A stretch of DNA of 63,224 nt, filler included, from Octopus bimaculoides (lineage: Eukaryota), in assembly GCF_001194135.2 (NCBI RefSeq). It is 8 parts of 7 records of this genome, joined end to end, with 100 filler letters (N's around TTAATTAATTAA, not from the genome) between each part and the next. Parts side by side here need not be neighbours in the genome. Positions count along the whole stretch, not along the records: positions 1 to 8,798 come from NC_068981.1; positions 8,899 to 13,869 come from NC_068985.1; 6 more parts are not named here. One strand, 5' to 3'. The notes below the pieces were generated by a model. It saw only the letters and a program-made list of their open reading frames with translations, did not search any database and was not told the DNA's origin. The position numbers were made by a program, and so were the translations under genes. How positions within the stretch are numbered: the first letter of the stretch is position 1; every line of letters begins with the position of its first letter. Of the stretch, positions 1-12,245 are shown piece by piece.

Positions 1-167
<167 letters not shown>

Positions 168-209
168 ATTAGTCAGTGTGGTAGAAGAAAAAAAATGCTT
201 TATCTTTAC

Positions 210-825
210 CTGTTCCCATGTCAACAACTTTTGTGGATCTCAGTGTTGGTTCACGCAAAAAATTTTCTGAATCCCTTGTATCATCATATCTCCAGGCTGA
301 TGGTGCAAACAAAGGTAGAGTTTTATTAAAAGGTAAGAACCTCATCCAGTTTGGATAATGGCAGTTGTTATCAAAAAATATGGAACTTCCATTGACAAGG
401 TTAGGGTGAGAGTTAACATTAGCTGTGACACTCATATAGAGATACAACCATCCAGGCAGATTAACAAAATCCTTTGATCGATTAAACCTTTGCAGGATGA
501 AACTGTGAAAGTAGGCTCTATTTAATGCTAAATTGTGCAGATGAACTAATCCAGTTCTGTTGCGATAGAAAACTTTGCTCAAGAGTTGGTTGTATCGTGG
601 TATCTGTGAAACACTGTCTTGACGCAGGAGAAGATCAGCTTTCTGTTTTGAATGGCAGTTCTCTTTAGTGATACGTTTCATATAGCTATCAAGGTGATCA
701 AACTTGTCTTCTTTCTGCCAGTCCCATAGTGAGCTCTGACTAAGTCTTATTGTTCCTATGATGAGAAGCAAACTGTACAGGGTCAGAAGAGATGCTGAGC
801 CAAAGAACTTATATCTTATCGACAT
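210..825 (-). CDS. First coding exon of a secreted or membrane protein with a GPR158/GPR179-like (Cache-type) extracellular domain
   Basis: Complex, stop-free ORF. ATG at 825-823 is followed by a hydrophobic signal peptide (SASLLTLYSLLLIIGTIRLSQS) and four N-glycosylation sequons (NRT, NRS, NGS, NKT). Phase-1 donor AG|GTAAAG at 210/209; acceptor TTTTGCAG| at 868 gives exon 867-210. The motif order LHNLALNRAYFHSFILQ / WLYLYMSVTANV..NGSSIFF / LFAPSAWR / VVDMG resembles GPR158-type ectodomains (from memory). The CDS call is firm; the family call is moderate. Confidence 0.8.
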
Positions 826-867
826 ATTTCAAGCAAAATACCCAGCACTTCTGTAGCTGGTGAATAT

Positions 868-889
868 CTGCAAAAGACAAGTGTTAGTA
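868..889 (-). promoter_or_regulatory. 3' splice site with consensus TACTAAC branch point
   Basis: Minus strand reads ATACTAACACTTGTCTTTTGCAG|ATATTC. This implies an upstream non-coding exon. Confidence 0.8.
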
Positions 890-1254
890 TGTAGGCAAAA
901 AAAAATTTCCTTCTTGCTAGAGCTGGAAATGGGAAGATTAATGGTTATTTAAGAACAAAACAGTGTTAATTCTAACCTAAGCAGAGTTAAGTAAATATCA
1001 AAATTAATCACAGAACCTACACTAAACTTCATCATTAATGCAAAAAATATGAAACCATTTATCACTAATTAATGGTTTCATATTATTTGAACTGAAAAGA
1101 CTGATAATAAAAAAGGAAAAAAAAAAAACCCCACACTATAGTCATCATTTGTGAGTATGTATGATTTTGTTGCATGTACCATACTTTTGGTAATTACTTC
1201 AGATGCCTATGTAGTAATAAGCAAACACAGGCACACTTTCAGATACCTCATCCC

Positions 1255-1460
1255 TGACCTAATAAAACATGAAGGAAGTGACAGCTGGAGAGACATAGGT
1301 CTACACCTGCATGGGGTTGGTACTCATTCTCAACTGACTACTCTGGAGCAACATGAAATGAAGTACCTTGCTCAAGAATATAACGCACTGCCCAGTCCAA
1401 GAACTGAACTCATTACTTTATGATTCTGAGCCTAGTGGTTAAGGTGTTGGACTCATGCCT
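1255..1460 (-). mobile_element. Decayed tRNA-derived SINE (family C-related)
   Basis: GGAGCAACATGAAATGAAGTACCTTGCTCAAG is the reverse complement of the CTTGAGCAAAACACTTCATTT core seen at 35068 and 47669. Confidence 0.6.
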
Positions 1461-1555
1461 TCACAACAAATTATATATCTTTTATATTATATAGTAGCTC
1501 AGCTTGTGATTTCATACCCACCTGCACATATTTCTGGTACTAAACATTTTCATTC

Positions 1556-1788
1556 CTTATTTCTTCATTGCCCACAAGGGGCTAAACATAGAGGGAACAA
1601 ACAAGGACAGACAAAGGAATTAAGTTGATTACATCGATCCCAGTGCGTAACTGGTACTTAATTTATTGACCCTGAAAGGATGAGAGGCAAAGTCGACCTC
1701 GGCGGAATTTGAACTCAGAACGTAATGGCAGATGAAATACTGCTAAGCATTTTGCCTGGCATGCTAACGTTTCTGCCAGCTTACCGTC
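1556..1788 (-). mobile_element. tRNA-derived SINE family B, full length
   Basis: Reverse complement of the copy at 56773-57003, including the TTCTGAGTTCAAATTCCGCCGAGGTCGACTTTGCC B-box region and the CCCCTTGTGGGCAATAAAGAAATA tail. Confidence 0.9.
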
Positions 1789-1974
1789 TTTGAAATTTTC
1801 ATTTCTATTATTGTATTTTATCTGAAGATTAATTATGTGGGATCAGCCAACATTCTATCCCAAGATATAGTTATCTCTAATTCATATTGAAATCATATTA
1901 TCCTCCAACACTTATGAAAGGATTAGCTAAATTCCTTAGATGGAAGTAAGAGTAGAAGGATTAATAATACTGAT

Positions 1975-2165
1975 TTCAAATTTTGGCACAAAACCAGCAA
2001 TTTTGGGAGGGGGTAAGTTGATTAAATCGACTCCAGTATTCAGCTGGTATTTATTTTATCAACCCTGAAAGAATGAAAGGTAAAGTTGGCCTCAGTGGCA
2101 TTTGAACTCAGAATGTATAGGTAGACAAAATGCAACTAAGTGTGTGAACGATTCTGCCAGATTGC
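1975..2165 (-). mobile_element. Older SINE family B copy with most CpGs lost
   Basis: Same architecture as 1556-1788, with many CG changed to TG/CA. Confidence 0.7.
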
Positions 2166-2399
2166 TAAAAAAAAAAAAAGTAAAGTTACCTTTGTGACTT
2201 TAATATTCTTTGATATTCTCTTTGTAACTTTAATATTCTCCCAAAGAGCCTGAGGGACCTACACAAAGTGGATGTAGGTGCTTTCAAATCAAAACTGGAC
2301 CTCTTCCTGTTGAGAGTCCCAGATGAACCTACCTCGCGGTGGAAAGTGCAAATGAGGGTAGCAACATCAAACTTCCTTATTCACGAAATGCCACATAAC

Positions 2400-2690
2400 A
2401 GAGGAAGCTCTCAATAACAACAGTGTAGCAAAATGGCGGTGCCCCAGCATGGCCACAACTTTGAACTGAAACTGATAAAACAATTTGTGAGTCATGTGGG
2501 TTGGTTTCTTGGTTTCCATGGTGTACAAATCCCCCATCTGGATGGGACGCCAGTCCTTTGCAGGATTACTCATTTTTGTCAGCTGAGTGGATTGGAGCAA
2601 CATGAAATGAAATGTTTTGCTCAAGAACACAACATATTACCTGGTCCAGGAATTGAAACCACAATGTTACGATCATGAGTCCTGCCCTAG
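2400..2690 (-). mobile_element. SINE family C-related copy
   Basis: GATGGGACGCCAGTCC and TTTTGCTCAAGAACACAAC are reverse complements of segments in 35068-35316. Confidence 0.7.
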
Positions 2691-2783
2691 AAGGATTAAT
2701 AATATTAACTCCATACATCTGAGTTTTTTCATAGCAAGGTATAATGATATTTATACCTCTAAAACTATTTTCCTAACAGGTAG

Positions 2784-2980
2784 TCGCAGGAGTGACTGTG
2801 GGATAAATAGCTTGCGTACCAACCACATGGTTCTGGGTTCAGTCCCACTGCATGGCACCTTGGGCTAGTGTCTTCTACTGTAGCCTCAGACCGACCAAAG
2901 CCTTGTAAGTGGATTTGGCAGACAGAAACTGAAAGAAGCCTGTTGTATATGTGTGTGTGTGTGTGTTTGTGTGTGTGTGT
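2784..2980 (+). mobile_element. SINE family A, 5' half plus internal (TG)n
   Basis: Matches the head of the copies at 37394 and 52765. Confidence 0.85.
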
Positions 2981-3046
2981 TTACACTATATATCATTTTG
3001 ACCTGGCTATTTACAATGCTTGTTAAATTACCACAAGAAAACAAAA

Positions 3047-3144
3047 TAATGACAAAGTTGTTTTACTAAACACTTCATTATTTTCAAAATTAATTGAAAC
3101 AAACGCAATAAATTTCATTAGAAATGTGGTAACAAAAGGGTTAA
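3047..3144 (-). mobile_element. Fragment of a piggyBac-like (TTAA) MITE
   Basis: Ends AAAGGGTTAA; reverse complement of the start of the 7086-7309 copy. Confidence 0.5.
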
Positions 3145-3850
3145 CAAGGACATTGTTTGATTTGATATATTGGTGATTCTCTATGTAATTTTCTTGAGTT
3201 ATATGCAGGATTTTTTATTTTGTTACTTATATAAGAATAGAACAGATCTTAATACAATAGAGTCAATTTTAATTACATTAAAAAATCAACAAGATCATTA
3301 AAATTTTAGTTTCCAAATGACAATTTATGATTTGGAGTTTTGCAGTGATAAGAACAACATCATCATCAAATTCTGATTAATGTTTCGAGCACCTTATTCC
3401 TTTTCTTGCCATATTTCTGTTGAAATATATTATATGTGTTTCAATTAATTTTGGAAATAATAAAGAATTTAGTATAATAGCTTTGCCAACCCAGGTTAAC
3501 CCTGTCGTATATNNNNNNNNNNNNNNNNNNNNNNNNNNNNNNNNNNNNNNNNNNNNNNNNNNNNNNNNNNNNNNNNNNNNNNNNNNNNNNNNNNNNNNNN
3601 NNNNNNNNNNNNNNNNNNNNNNNNNNNNNNNNNNNNNNNNNNNNNNNNNNNNNNNNNNNNNNNNNNNNNNNNNNNNNNNNNNNNNNNNNNNNNNNNNNNN
3701 NNNNNNNNNNNNNNNNNNNNNNNNNNNNNNNNNNNNNNNNNNNNNNNNNNNNNNNNNNNNNNNNNNNNNNNNNNNNNNNNNNNNNNNNNNNNNNNNNNNN
3801 NNNNNNNNNNNNNNNNNNNNNNNNNNNNNNNNNNNNNNNNNNNNNNNNNN

Positions 3851-4012
3851 GTGTTTTTACGTCCCCGTAACTTAGCGGTTCGGCAAAAAGAGACCGATAG
3901 AATAAGTACTAGGCTTACAAAGAATAAGTCCTGGGGTCAATTTTCTCGACTAAAGGCGGTGCTCCAACATGGCCGCAGTCAAATGACTGAAACAAGTAAA
4001 AGAGTAAAAGAG
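3851..4012 (+). mobile_element. SINE family A, 3' half after a gap
   Basis: GGCAAAAAGAGACCGATAGAATAAGTACTAGGCTTACAAAGAATAAGTCCTGGGGTC matches the other copies. Confidence 0.9.
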
Positions 4013-4035
4013 TACAAGCACTATTTTGCATCTAG

Positions 4036-4208
4036 TTAACCTTTATTACAGTAAATGAACCAAATACAACTGTCCTCAAATAAGGACAATGGATTAATAT
4101 GGATTAACACAAAATTTTGATGAAAGGTTTTAATTTTGATGTCATTAAACCAGGAAGTTTAAATTATAAAACTGGGGGTTAATCTAAGACAAGTTGATAT
4201 CAAAAGGA
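4036..4208 (+). mobile_element. Diverged piggyBac-like MITE
   Basis: Shares AAATTTTGATGAAAGGTTTTAATT..CAGGAAGTTT..AAGTTGATATCAAAAGG with 7086-7309. Confidence 0.4.
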
Positions 4209-4527
4209 AATTAATAAAAAAAAAAATGCATTTTTTAAATGATATTTTAAGAAATAAAAAAAATTATATTCACAATAATTCTATCATTAAGACTGATTTA
4301 ACCTACAAGAACATCTTTTACTATATCTTTTATTTGTTTTGGTTATTGGACTGCAGTCATGCTAGGGTACCACCTTGGAAAACTACTGGCAGCAGTGGAA
4401 TTCGAATCAACACCGAATAAACTGATACCTTAAACCAGCATCTTAGATTTCTTGGCCACACTACTATTTGCTACCAAGAATGTTTAAAATGATAACCTGG
4501 AAGTGAAGTGTAGTTCAAGGAACTTAC

Positions 4528-4626
4528 CTCATTTCACTGTTGAATAATAGCAAAATCTTTGGTAAAATCCGGTATTCTTTAACACATTCTCTAATAACAT
4601 TCATGCCATATTGTTTGATGATCAAA
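4528..4626 (-). other. Candidate 5'UTR exon of the GPR158-like gene
   Basis: Strong donor GAG|GTAAGT at 4528/4527 and a plausible TTTTGCATAG acceptor at 4627. No transcript evidence. Confidence 0.25.
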
Positions 4627-5105
4627 CTATGCAAAATATTTTTACATAGCAACAAACAGGTGAATCAAATGATAGAAGCTTACACTCGATATATTCACGA
4701 AATGCATATTTCAGAATTTTACATTGAATTTCATTGTGACAGAACACTGCATTTAGGTATTTCCTTTCACACAATGGAGCCACCTGAATGACTGAACAAG
4801 TATATAGTATTTGCGTGTTTCCCTCTCACTCTGTGTCATCCCCCTCAACTCCACCAAAAACTTCCTCTACTGATTACAATTGTCTTTTCCTTAAACTCTG
4901 AGTTAATCCATGTATTGTCTAAGTGTAGAAATCGTCCTGCTCCTGGATGTCACGTACTGGGTGTGTACACAATGCGAACAGCCTAGGTTAACCATTGTTA
5001 TGAGATATTGATATGTTTTGTTGCTTGCTGTTTGCACAGACTCATGTTTACATGACAGAAGATATATACACATATATATNNNNNNNNNNNNNNNNNNNNN
5101 NNNNN

Positions 5106-5153
<48 letters not shown>

Positions 5154-6099
5154 GCGTGTGTGTGTGTGTATGGATTTATACATAGACACATGTATAAATT
5201 ATGTTTCAATTATTAGTAGTAATAACAAGAAATATAACAGGTATATATTGTAAATAAAAACTAATGGAGAACCTGCGTTTTGCCTAATACTTCTTTATTC
5301 GACTGCTGGAGCTTTAGCAACATGAAGAATAAGAAATTAATGGGAGAAAGGCGATATCCAACAGATATCCAGAACCTTGCCTCCCATTATAAGTCAATAT
5401 TTTCTATTGGAAGATATTTAAAGGAAGCCACAACTTCACTGAGAATGTTTTTCTCTACACTGTATATCATGTTGACCTGGCTATTTACAATGCTTGTTAG
5501 ATAACCACAAGAAAACAAAAGTATACTTTTCTCTCTCATGTGACCAAGAAACCTTCTCCTCTTCTAAAGTTGTTGAGTTCTTTTTTTATTTCTTTAACAA
5601 GAAGATTTCTTCTAACTTCATGGAATACTTCTACTTATCATTCTTCAACTAGATGATTTTGTAAATAGCATTACCACCAATAAAACTACCATAACTGCTA
5701 TTCATTTTGCTTCCAGCTCCACACATCTCTTGAACTCCCCTTCTTATTGCAAAGTAATAAGGTTAACAATTCTGACATGTCCTTTCCATTATTCTCACCC
5801 AATATACTTCAGAACTATTTATTATCCTCATGAAACTCTGAAATATTTAATCCTCTGGAATCCTACTGCATCAGAATATCTCATACTCTTGATAATCTCA
5901 TCAAAAACAATGGTGTTGCTCCTGACTTAGCAAAGCCCTCAGACTTATCTAACTTCTTAATTCCTTTGTTAACTTCCTTACCAATCATCTCTTAATAGGA
6001 AGGTTTCTTGTAGAACCAGTCAATTACATCAAGCATCGGTAACACTCTCTTCCCATATTTTATTAACCAAGGTCTCAAGTTTATTTCTCATAATTTACT

Positions 6100-6400
6100 T
6101 CATCATCATCATCATCGTTTAACGTCCACTTTCCATGCTAGCATGGGTTGGACGATTTGACTGAGGACTGGTGAACCAGATGGCTACACTAGGCTCCAAT
6201 CTGATTTGGCTGAGTTTCTACAGCTGGATGCCCTTTCTAACGCCAACCACTCCAAGAGTGTAGTGGGTGCTTTTACGTGCCACTGGCATGAAGGCCAGTC
6301 AGGCGGTACTGGCAACAGCCACGCTCAAAATGGTGTATTTTACGTGCCACCTGCGCAGGAGCCAGTCCAGTGGTACTGGCAATGATCTCGCTCGAATGAC
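6100..6400 (-). mobile_element. 3' end of a non-LTR retroposon with (ATG)n tail
   Basis: A (CAT)n run abuts a repeat containing GGATGCCCTTTCTAACGCCAACC and an internal duplication TTTTACGTGCCAC..GGTACTGGCAA. Confidence 0.55.
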
Positions 6401-7085
6401 TTGTACATTAATAACATTCTCACTTTTACTTTTAACAACTCACACTCCTATGAAGATGATAACAAGCTTTCATTTATCAATTTTCCCACATAGTCATTAT
6501 CCATATACAGTCTTGACATTTCATGGAAGACCAGCACTGCTTCTATGAACAGTTATCTTGAAAGCATTCTCCAATAGTTACGACAATCTTGCCTTCTTTA
6601 GCAGCACTAAAGCTCAAACTGTAAACACATCAAGGAACTCAACCATCTCTAGTCATGTACAACACAACTAAAATCTTGAGAATTTATACAAATGCCAAGT
6701 TCCACAGTATCTAATGATTTTTAATAGTGCCAACATTTAAATGCCACAGACTAGATAACCTCTTCCAAAATATAATTTAGTTTGAGTAATATAATCATGT
6801 GAATGACCAACATGTTAACAAGGCCCACATATATTGAATTGTGCAGTTGTTGTTTCTACACACAAATATTTTAGACTGTATTAAAAATAAGCCATTAAGC
6901 TGAACAGGAAAAATTTGCAGACAAACTACAATCACTGATCTACAGATATGCTGTTTCTGTTTCCTGTTTACTCTCTCATTACTTCCACTCCTTTAAACTA
7001 TAAAAGTTGCTCACTATTTTCACCCCCCACTCAATATTCCTTCAGCCTTACTCCTGTCAAACACAATATGAGACTTTTTGGTTAT

Positions 7086-7309
7086 TTAACCCTATTGTTA
7101 CCATATTTCTGTTGAAATAAACAGTCTTTGTTTCAATAAATTATTAAAATAATAAAGAATTTATTAAAATAACTCTGTCATTTATAAGCTTGTTTGGAAT
7201 ATAAATTATCATGAAATTCGGATGGAAGATTTTAAGATCATTTTAAAACAAAGAATTTGTATCATGGAACCAGGTGTGGTTTCTGGCAAGTTGATATCAG
7301 TAGGATTAA
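7086..7309 (+). mobile_element. piggyBac-like MITE bounded by TTAA
   Basis: TTAA-CCCT ... AGGA-TTAA termini, about 220 bp, non-coding; related pieces near 3047, 3400 and 4036. Confidence 0.5.
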
Positions 7310-7517
7310 ACTTCCCACTGCATATTTTACCCAATAAGCAACAATCTACAAAAAATTAATGTTACATAACCATATCAACTCCACTGGTCTAGGAAGACCT
7401 GTGAAAGTCACACAATATTGACTTCCACTAGAAAGTATTTCAGTGGCTGACGTACTGAGCCTTAAAGTGTTATAGTCATTTAGTGATGGGAAAAGATTAA
7501 AAAAAAAAGACAAGTCT

Positions 7518-7801
7518 CCAGCTGTGTGGTTAAAAAGCTTGCTTTGCAACCATGTAGTTTTGGGTTCAGTCTCACTGTGCAGCACTTTGGACAAGTGTCT
7601 TCTACTGGGTTGACCAATGCTTTGCAAGTGAATTTAGTAGATGGAAANNNNNNNNNNNNNNNNNNNNNNNNNNNNNNNNNNNNNNNNNNNNNNNNNNNNN
7701 NNNNNNNNNNNNNNNNNNNNNNNNNNNNNNNNNNNNNNNNNNNNNNNNNNNNNNNNNNNNNNNNNNNNNNNNNNNNNNNNNNNNNNNNNNNNNNNNNNNN
7801 N

Positions 7802-7833
<32 letters not shown>

Positions 7834-8015
7834 TTTGTGTTTGTACCTCCTTCATTTCTTGACTACCAGTGATGGTTTGTTTACGTTCCCGTATCATGAT
7901 GATTCAGCAAAAGAGATCAACAAAATAAGCACCAGACTGAAAAAATAAGCACTGGGGTATAACCCTCAAGGTGGTGCCCCAGCATGGCCACAGTCCAATC
8001 ACCAAAACAAGTAAA
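7518..8015 (+). mobile_element. SINE family A spanning a gap, CpG-decayed
   Basis: Head at 7518-7647 and tail at 7801-8015 match the other family A copies. Confidence 0.8.
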
Positions 8016-8642
8016 AAGATATGGGAACGCAATTAGCATGTTGCATTCTGGAAAGAACAAATGCAAGTCTCTGCACACATGATAGATAACATTACATTGA
8101 TGTTTGATCAATGGCATTCTTATCTGTGTTTCTGTGATATGGCTAAAGCTGATATGGTCTCATGTATTCTCAGATGAGCTGCAAACAGCAACAGCAATGA
8201 AAGAGCCTTTAAAAAGTCACTCAATCTGCTAAAAATAGCAGCCAACCCTCCCACAAATTACATATTATTGTCAATAACACTGAAAGGGTACACTAGACAA
8301 TGCATTCCTTTCATTTTCCTCTAGAAACAGCATTTGGTTTTAACCTTTAATCAGGAAGAAGGTAGTGGCCATGCCCTTTATAGGGTCTCAAACAATGGAA
8401 AGAAGGGAGGGAGGAAGTGCTTGCATGACTTTGACTGTAGATTTACTCACACTGGCTGACCTGAGTCTGAAGAGTAATGTAGGTAGGGTAGTCCATCCTA
8501 GGTGCTACTTCTATGGAGGCAGTACTCTTGGGTCTGCTGTAGTAGAAGTTTGTATTGTATGAGCAGATGGGGCAGAAAACTAAAGGGCAGCTCCAGGGAG
8601 CAAACACTCTGGTTATGCCACTGGATCTAAACAACATCAGAA

Positions 8643-8688
8643 ACAGCAGCAGCAGCAGCAGCAGCAGCAGTAGCAGCACCAGCAGCAC

Positions 8689-8722
<34 letters not shown>

Positions 8723-8798
8723 CACCACTACCACCACCACTGCCACCACCACCACTGCCACCACCACCACCACCACCACTGCCACCACCACCACCACC
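8643..8798. repeat. Compound (CAG)/(CAA)/(CAC) microsatellite
   Basis: Read directly. Confidence 0.95.
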
Positions 8799-8898
8799 NN
8801 NNNNNNNNNNNNNNNNNNNNNNNNNNNNNNNNNNNNNNNNNNTTAATTAATTAANNNNNNNNNNNNNNNNNNNNNNNNNNNNNNNNNNNNNNNNNNNN
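8799..8898. other. 100-bp assembly spacer (44 N + TTAATTAATTAA + 44 N)
   Basis: The same linker occurs at 8843, 13914, 24665, 28593, 46169, 51608 and 60071; the palindrome has a stop codon in all six frames. Confidence 0.95.
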
Positions 8899-8952
<54 letters not shown>

Positions 8953-9624
8953 TATACGTAGGTGTAGGTTGTCATAAACACAAGAAAATATTTATAATTA
9001 ACGCTATTTCTTGCAGGCAATTGTTCTTATTTTGTTATAAGTTTTCACAGCGGAAATATTTTGGTCTTGGAAACTTAAATAAATTATGAAGACCTTCGTT
9101 GGATTTCATTACTCGTCAATGTTTCTGAATGTTTTTTTTTTATATTAATAATACTTTTCAAATAAATATCGCTATTAATAATAATTTTCCTACTGTGTCT
9201 TGTCTGTTCCGCAGTAATAGCTATGGTAAACAATGAATCTGTGTTCGTACGATCTCAGTAATGATACTACAGGCGAGGGGGTCATCAAACAGCTACATTG
9301 TGTGCTTGATTATGGGGTTTTATTCCACTTGTCTCAACTTTACACTACTGAAATACATTACCAAACTGAGATTGGTGCAGCCATTATCCGTTCCACATGT
9401 TGCATCAGTAACGTTACTTTGGGTAAACTTATCGGCGGGCAAGAGAGTGTGTTTGTCTGCTCCCGATTACAAAGATATTTCAAGCAATTAGCAAAAACAG
9501 TAGAAGCCGGCCGGTTATATTCACTTCCAAGTAACGGCTACTGTCACAAGCACCCAAAGACACACAGACACACAAAGAAACATGTATGTATGGATGTATA
9601 TATAGACAAATATATGTGTGTATG

Positions 9625-10038
9625 TGGAGGCGCAATGGCCCAGTGGTTAGGGCAGGGGACTCGTGGTCATAGGATCGCGGTTTCGATCCTATCGCAGTTT
9701 CGATCCTATCGCGGTTTCGATCCTATGGCGTTGTGAGTGTTTATTGAGCGAAAACACCTAAAGCTTCACGAGGCTCCGGAGGGGATGGTGGCGAACCCTG
9801 CTGTACTCTTCCACCACAACTTTCTCTCACTCTTACTTACTGTTTCTGTTGTGCCTGTAATTCAAAGGGTCAACCTTGTGACACTGTGTCACGCTGAATA
9901 TCCCCGAGAACTACGTTAAGGGTACACGTGTCTGTGGAGTGCTCAGCCACTTGCACGTTAATTACACGAGCAGGCTGTTCCGTTGATCAGATCAATTGGA
10001 ACCCTCGACGTCGTGAGCGACGGAGTGCCAACAACAAC
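9625..10038 (+). mobile_element. tRNA-derived SINE family D, full length with TSD
   Basis: A-box TGGCCCAGTGGTTAGGG, B-box GGTTTCGATCC, (AAC)n tail, and ATGTGTGTATGTG duplicated at about 9614 and 10039. Homologous to 59783-60018 and 62944-63224. Confidence 0.9.
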
Positions 10039-10303
10039 ATGTGTGTATGTGCGTATGTATAATTTTTGGTGTCATATATAACATATATAAATACATACGC
10101 ATGTGATATATGTATGTATATATGTATACATTCTAGCTGGTCCCGTCGCTAGAAGGTGGTAGGGGTTCGCTCCCTGCTCGCAATATATTGGATGCAGGTA
10201 TGCATCTTTGACCACTTAGGCGAAACATCTTCTTGGGGTTAAAAAATCGCAGCAACGTCTGTTCGAACGGAACAGCAATGTTGAAGCGGCGACAAATATT
10301 ACC

Positions 10304-10349
<46 letters not shown>

Positions 10350-11387
10350 TATAGTAAAAATGGATACATAAGGGTGGAAAATCACAGGAATAATACCATA
10401 TGTCCAACGCAAGATACAATATGTGTGTTCAATTCCTTCAAGAATCAATAAATGAATTTNNNNNNNNNNNNNNNNNNNNNNNNNNNNNNNNNNNNNNNNN
10501 NNNNNNNNNNNNNNNNNNNNNNNNNNNNNNNNNNNNNNNNNNNNNNNNNNNNNNNNNNNNNNNNNNNNNNNNNNNNNNNNNNNNNNNNNNNNNNNNNNNN
10601 NNNNNNNNNNNNNNNNNNNNNNNNNNNNNNNNNNNNNNNNNNNNNNNNNNNNNNNNNNNNNNNNNNNNNNNNNNNNNNNNNNNNNNNNNNNNNNNNNNNN
10701 NNNNNNNNNNNNNNNNNNNNNNNNNNNNNNNNNNNNNNNNNNNNNNNNNNNNNNNNNNNNNNNNNNNNNNNNNNNNNNNNNNNNNNNNNNNNNNNNNNNN
10801 NNNNNNNNNNNNNNNNNNNNNNNNNNNNNNNNNNNNNNNNNNNNNNNNNNNNNNNNNNNNNNNNNNNNNNNNNNNNNNNNNNNNNNNNNNNNNNNNNNNN
10901 NNNNNNNNNNNNNNNNNNNNNNNNNNNNNNNNNNNNNNNNNNNNNNNNNNNNNNNNNNNNNNNNNNNNNNNNNNNNNNNNNNNNNNNNNNNNNNNNNNNN
11001 NNNNNNNNNNNNNNNNNNNNNNNNNNNNNNNNNNNNNNNNNNNNNNNNNNNNNNNNNNNNNNNNNNNNNNNNNNNNNNNNNNNNNNNNNNNNNNNNNNNN
11101 NNNNNNNNNNNNNNNNNNNNNNNNTTTTTTTGTTGTATTTGCTTGTCTTTTTACCGTACCTTTTAGACACTTTAGAGACTGAATACTATAAATTCATTTA
11201 TTGATTCTTGAAGGAATTGAACACACATATTGTATCTTGCGTTGGACATATGGTATTATTCCTGTGATTTTCCACCCTTATGTATCCATTTTTACTATAA
11301 GATGAATTCTAGCTCATGCTGAGCGCTTCAATTCTGGCCCGTCTTTATGTATTGTTATATTAACAATACATAATTATACAAAAATTA

Positions 11388-11420
<33 letters not shown>

Positions 11421-11891
11421 CGTAATGTTTTGTAAGTATAGTGAGAGAGTCAGATACACATTATGTAATTGTATTTTTTCAAAAATAATTCCAATACTCC
11501 CAGTCTCGAATATTCTCATATCACTGCTGAATTAATAAATATTTTCTATGAAAATACTAACCTCTTATTTCACAAATGTTTGCTGTAGTTTTCTGTTAAA
11601 ATACAAGATTTAGATTAAATTTTGAAATTTCTATGCGTTTGTTGCATTCTATTGTATTCAATATTTATTTATTTATGCGAATATTGCTCTAGCGGTGGAA
11701 TTATATTGGTGTCGGTGTTATTGTTCTTATACGAAGTCTGGTTACACTTCATAGATATTTCTGAATGCATTTTTAACAGATCGTTCAGACACGCGCGCGC
11801 GCGTATTTATGTATATATAAGCATGTATGATAATTATATGCATATAAATATATAAATATAACTATGTAGGTGTGCATATGTATGTATATAT

Positions 11892-11937
<46 letters not shown>

Positions 11938-12138
11938 GTATATATATTTATGTATATATATTTATGTATATATATATATGGATCAAAACAGTTACATTCA
12001 AATTCGTTGGTACTTCAAGAGTCTCAAGCGTGCTGTTAATCTTCACCCATATTGAATTCAAATCCAATATGTTTTGATCCCAATAAATGTGTTGAGTGAC
12101 CTTTCATTTGTCCACTCACTCATATATGTATATATGTG

Positions 12139-12245
<107 letters not shown>

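Noticed and set aside
9625-9730. tRNA-like A/B-box heads here and in the other SINE families
   Set aside because: They continue into SINE bodies and do not form complete cloverleaf tRNA genes.
9233-9736. 167-aa ORF following a CCGCAG acceptor-like site
   Set aside because: No recognisable domain and its 3' part runs through a microsatellite and a SINE. It may overlap a real UTR exon, but I cannot support a CDS.
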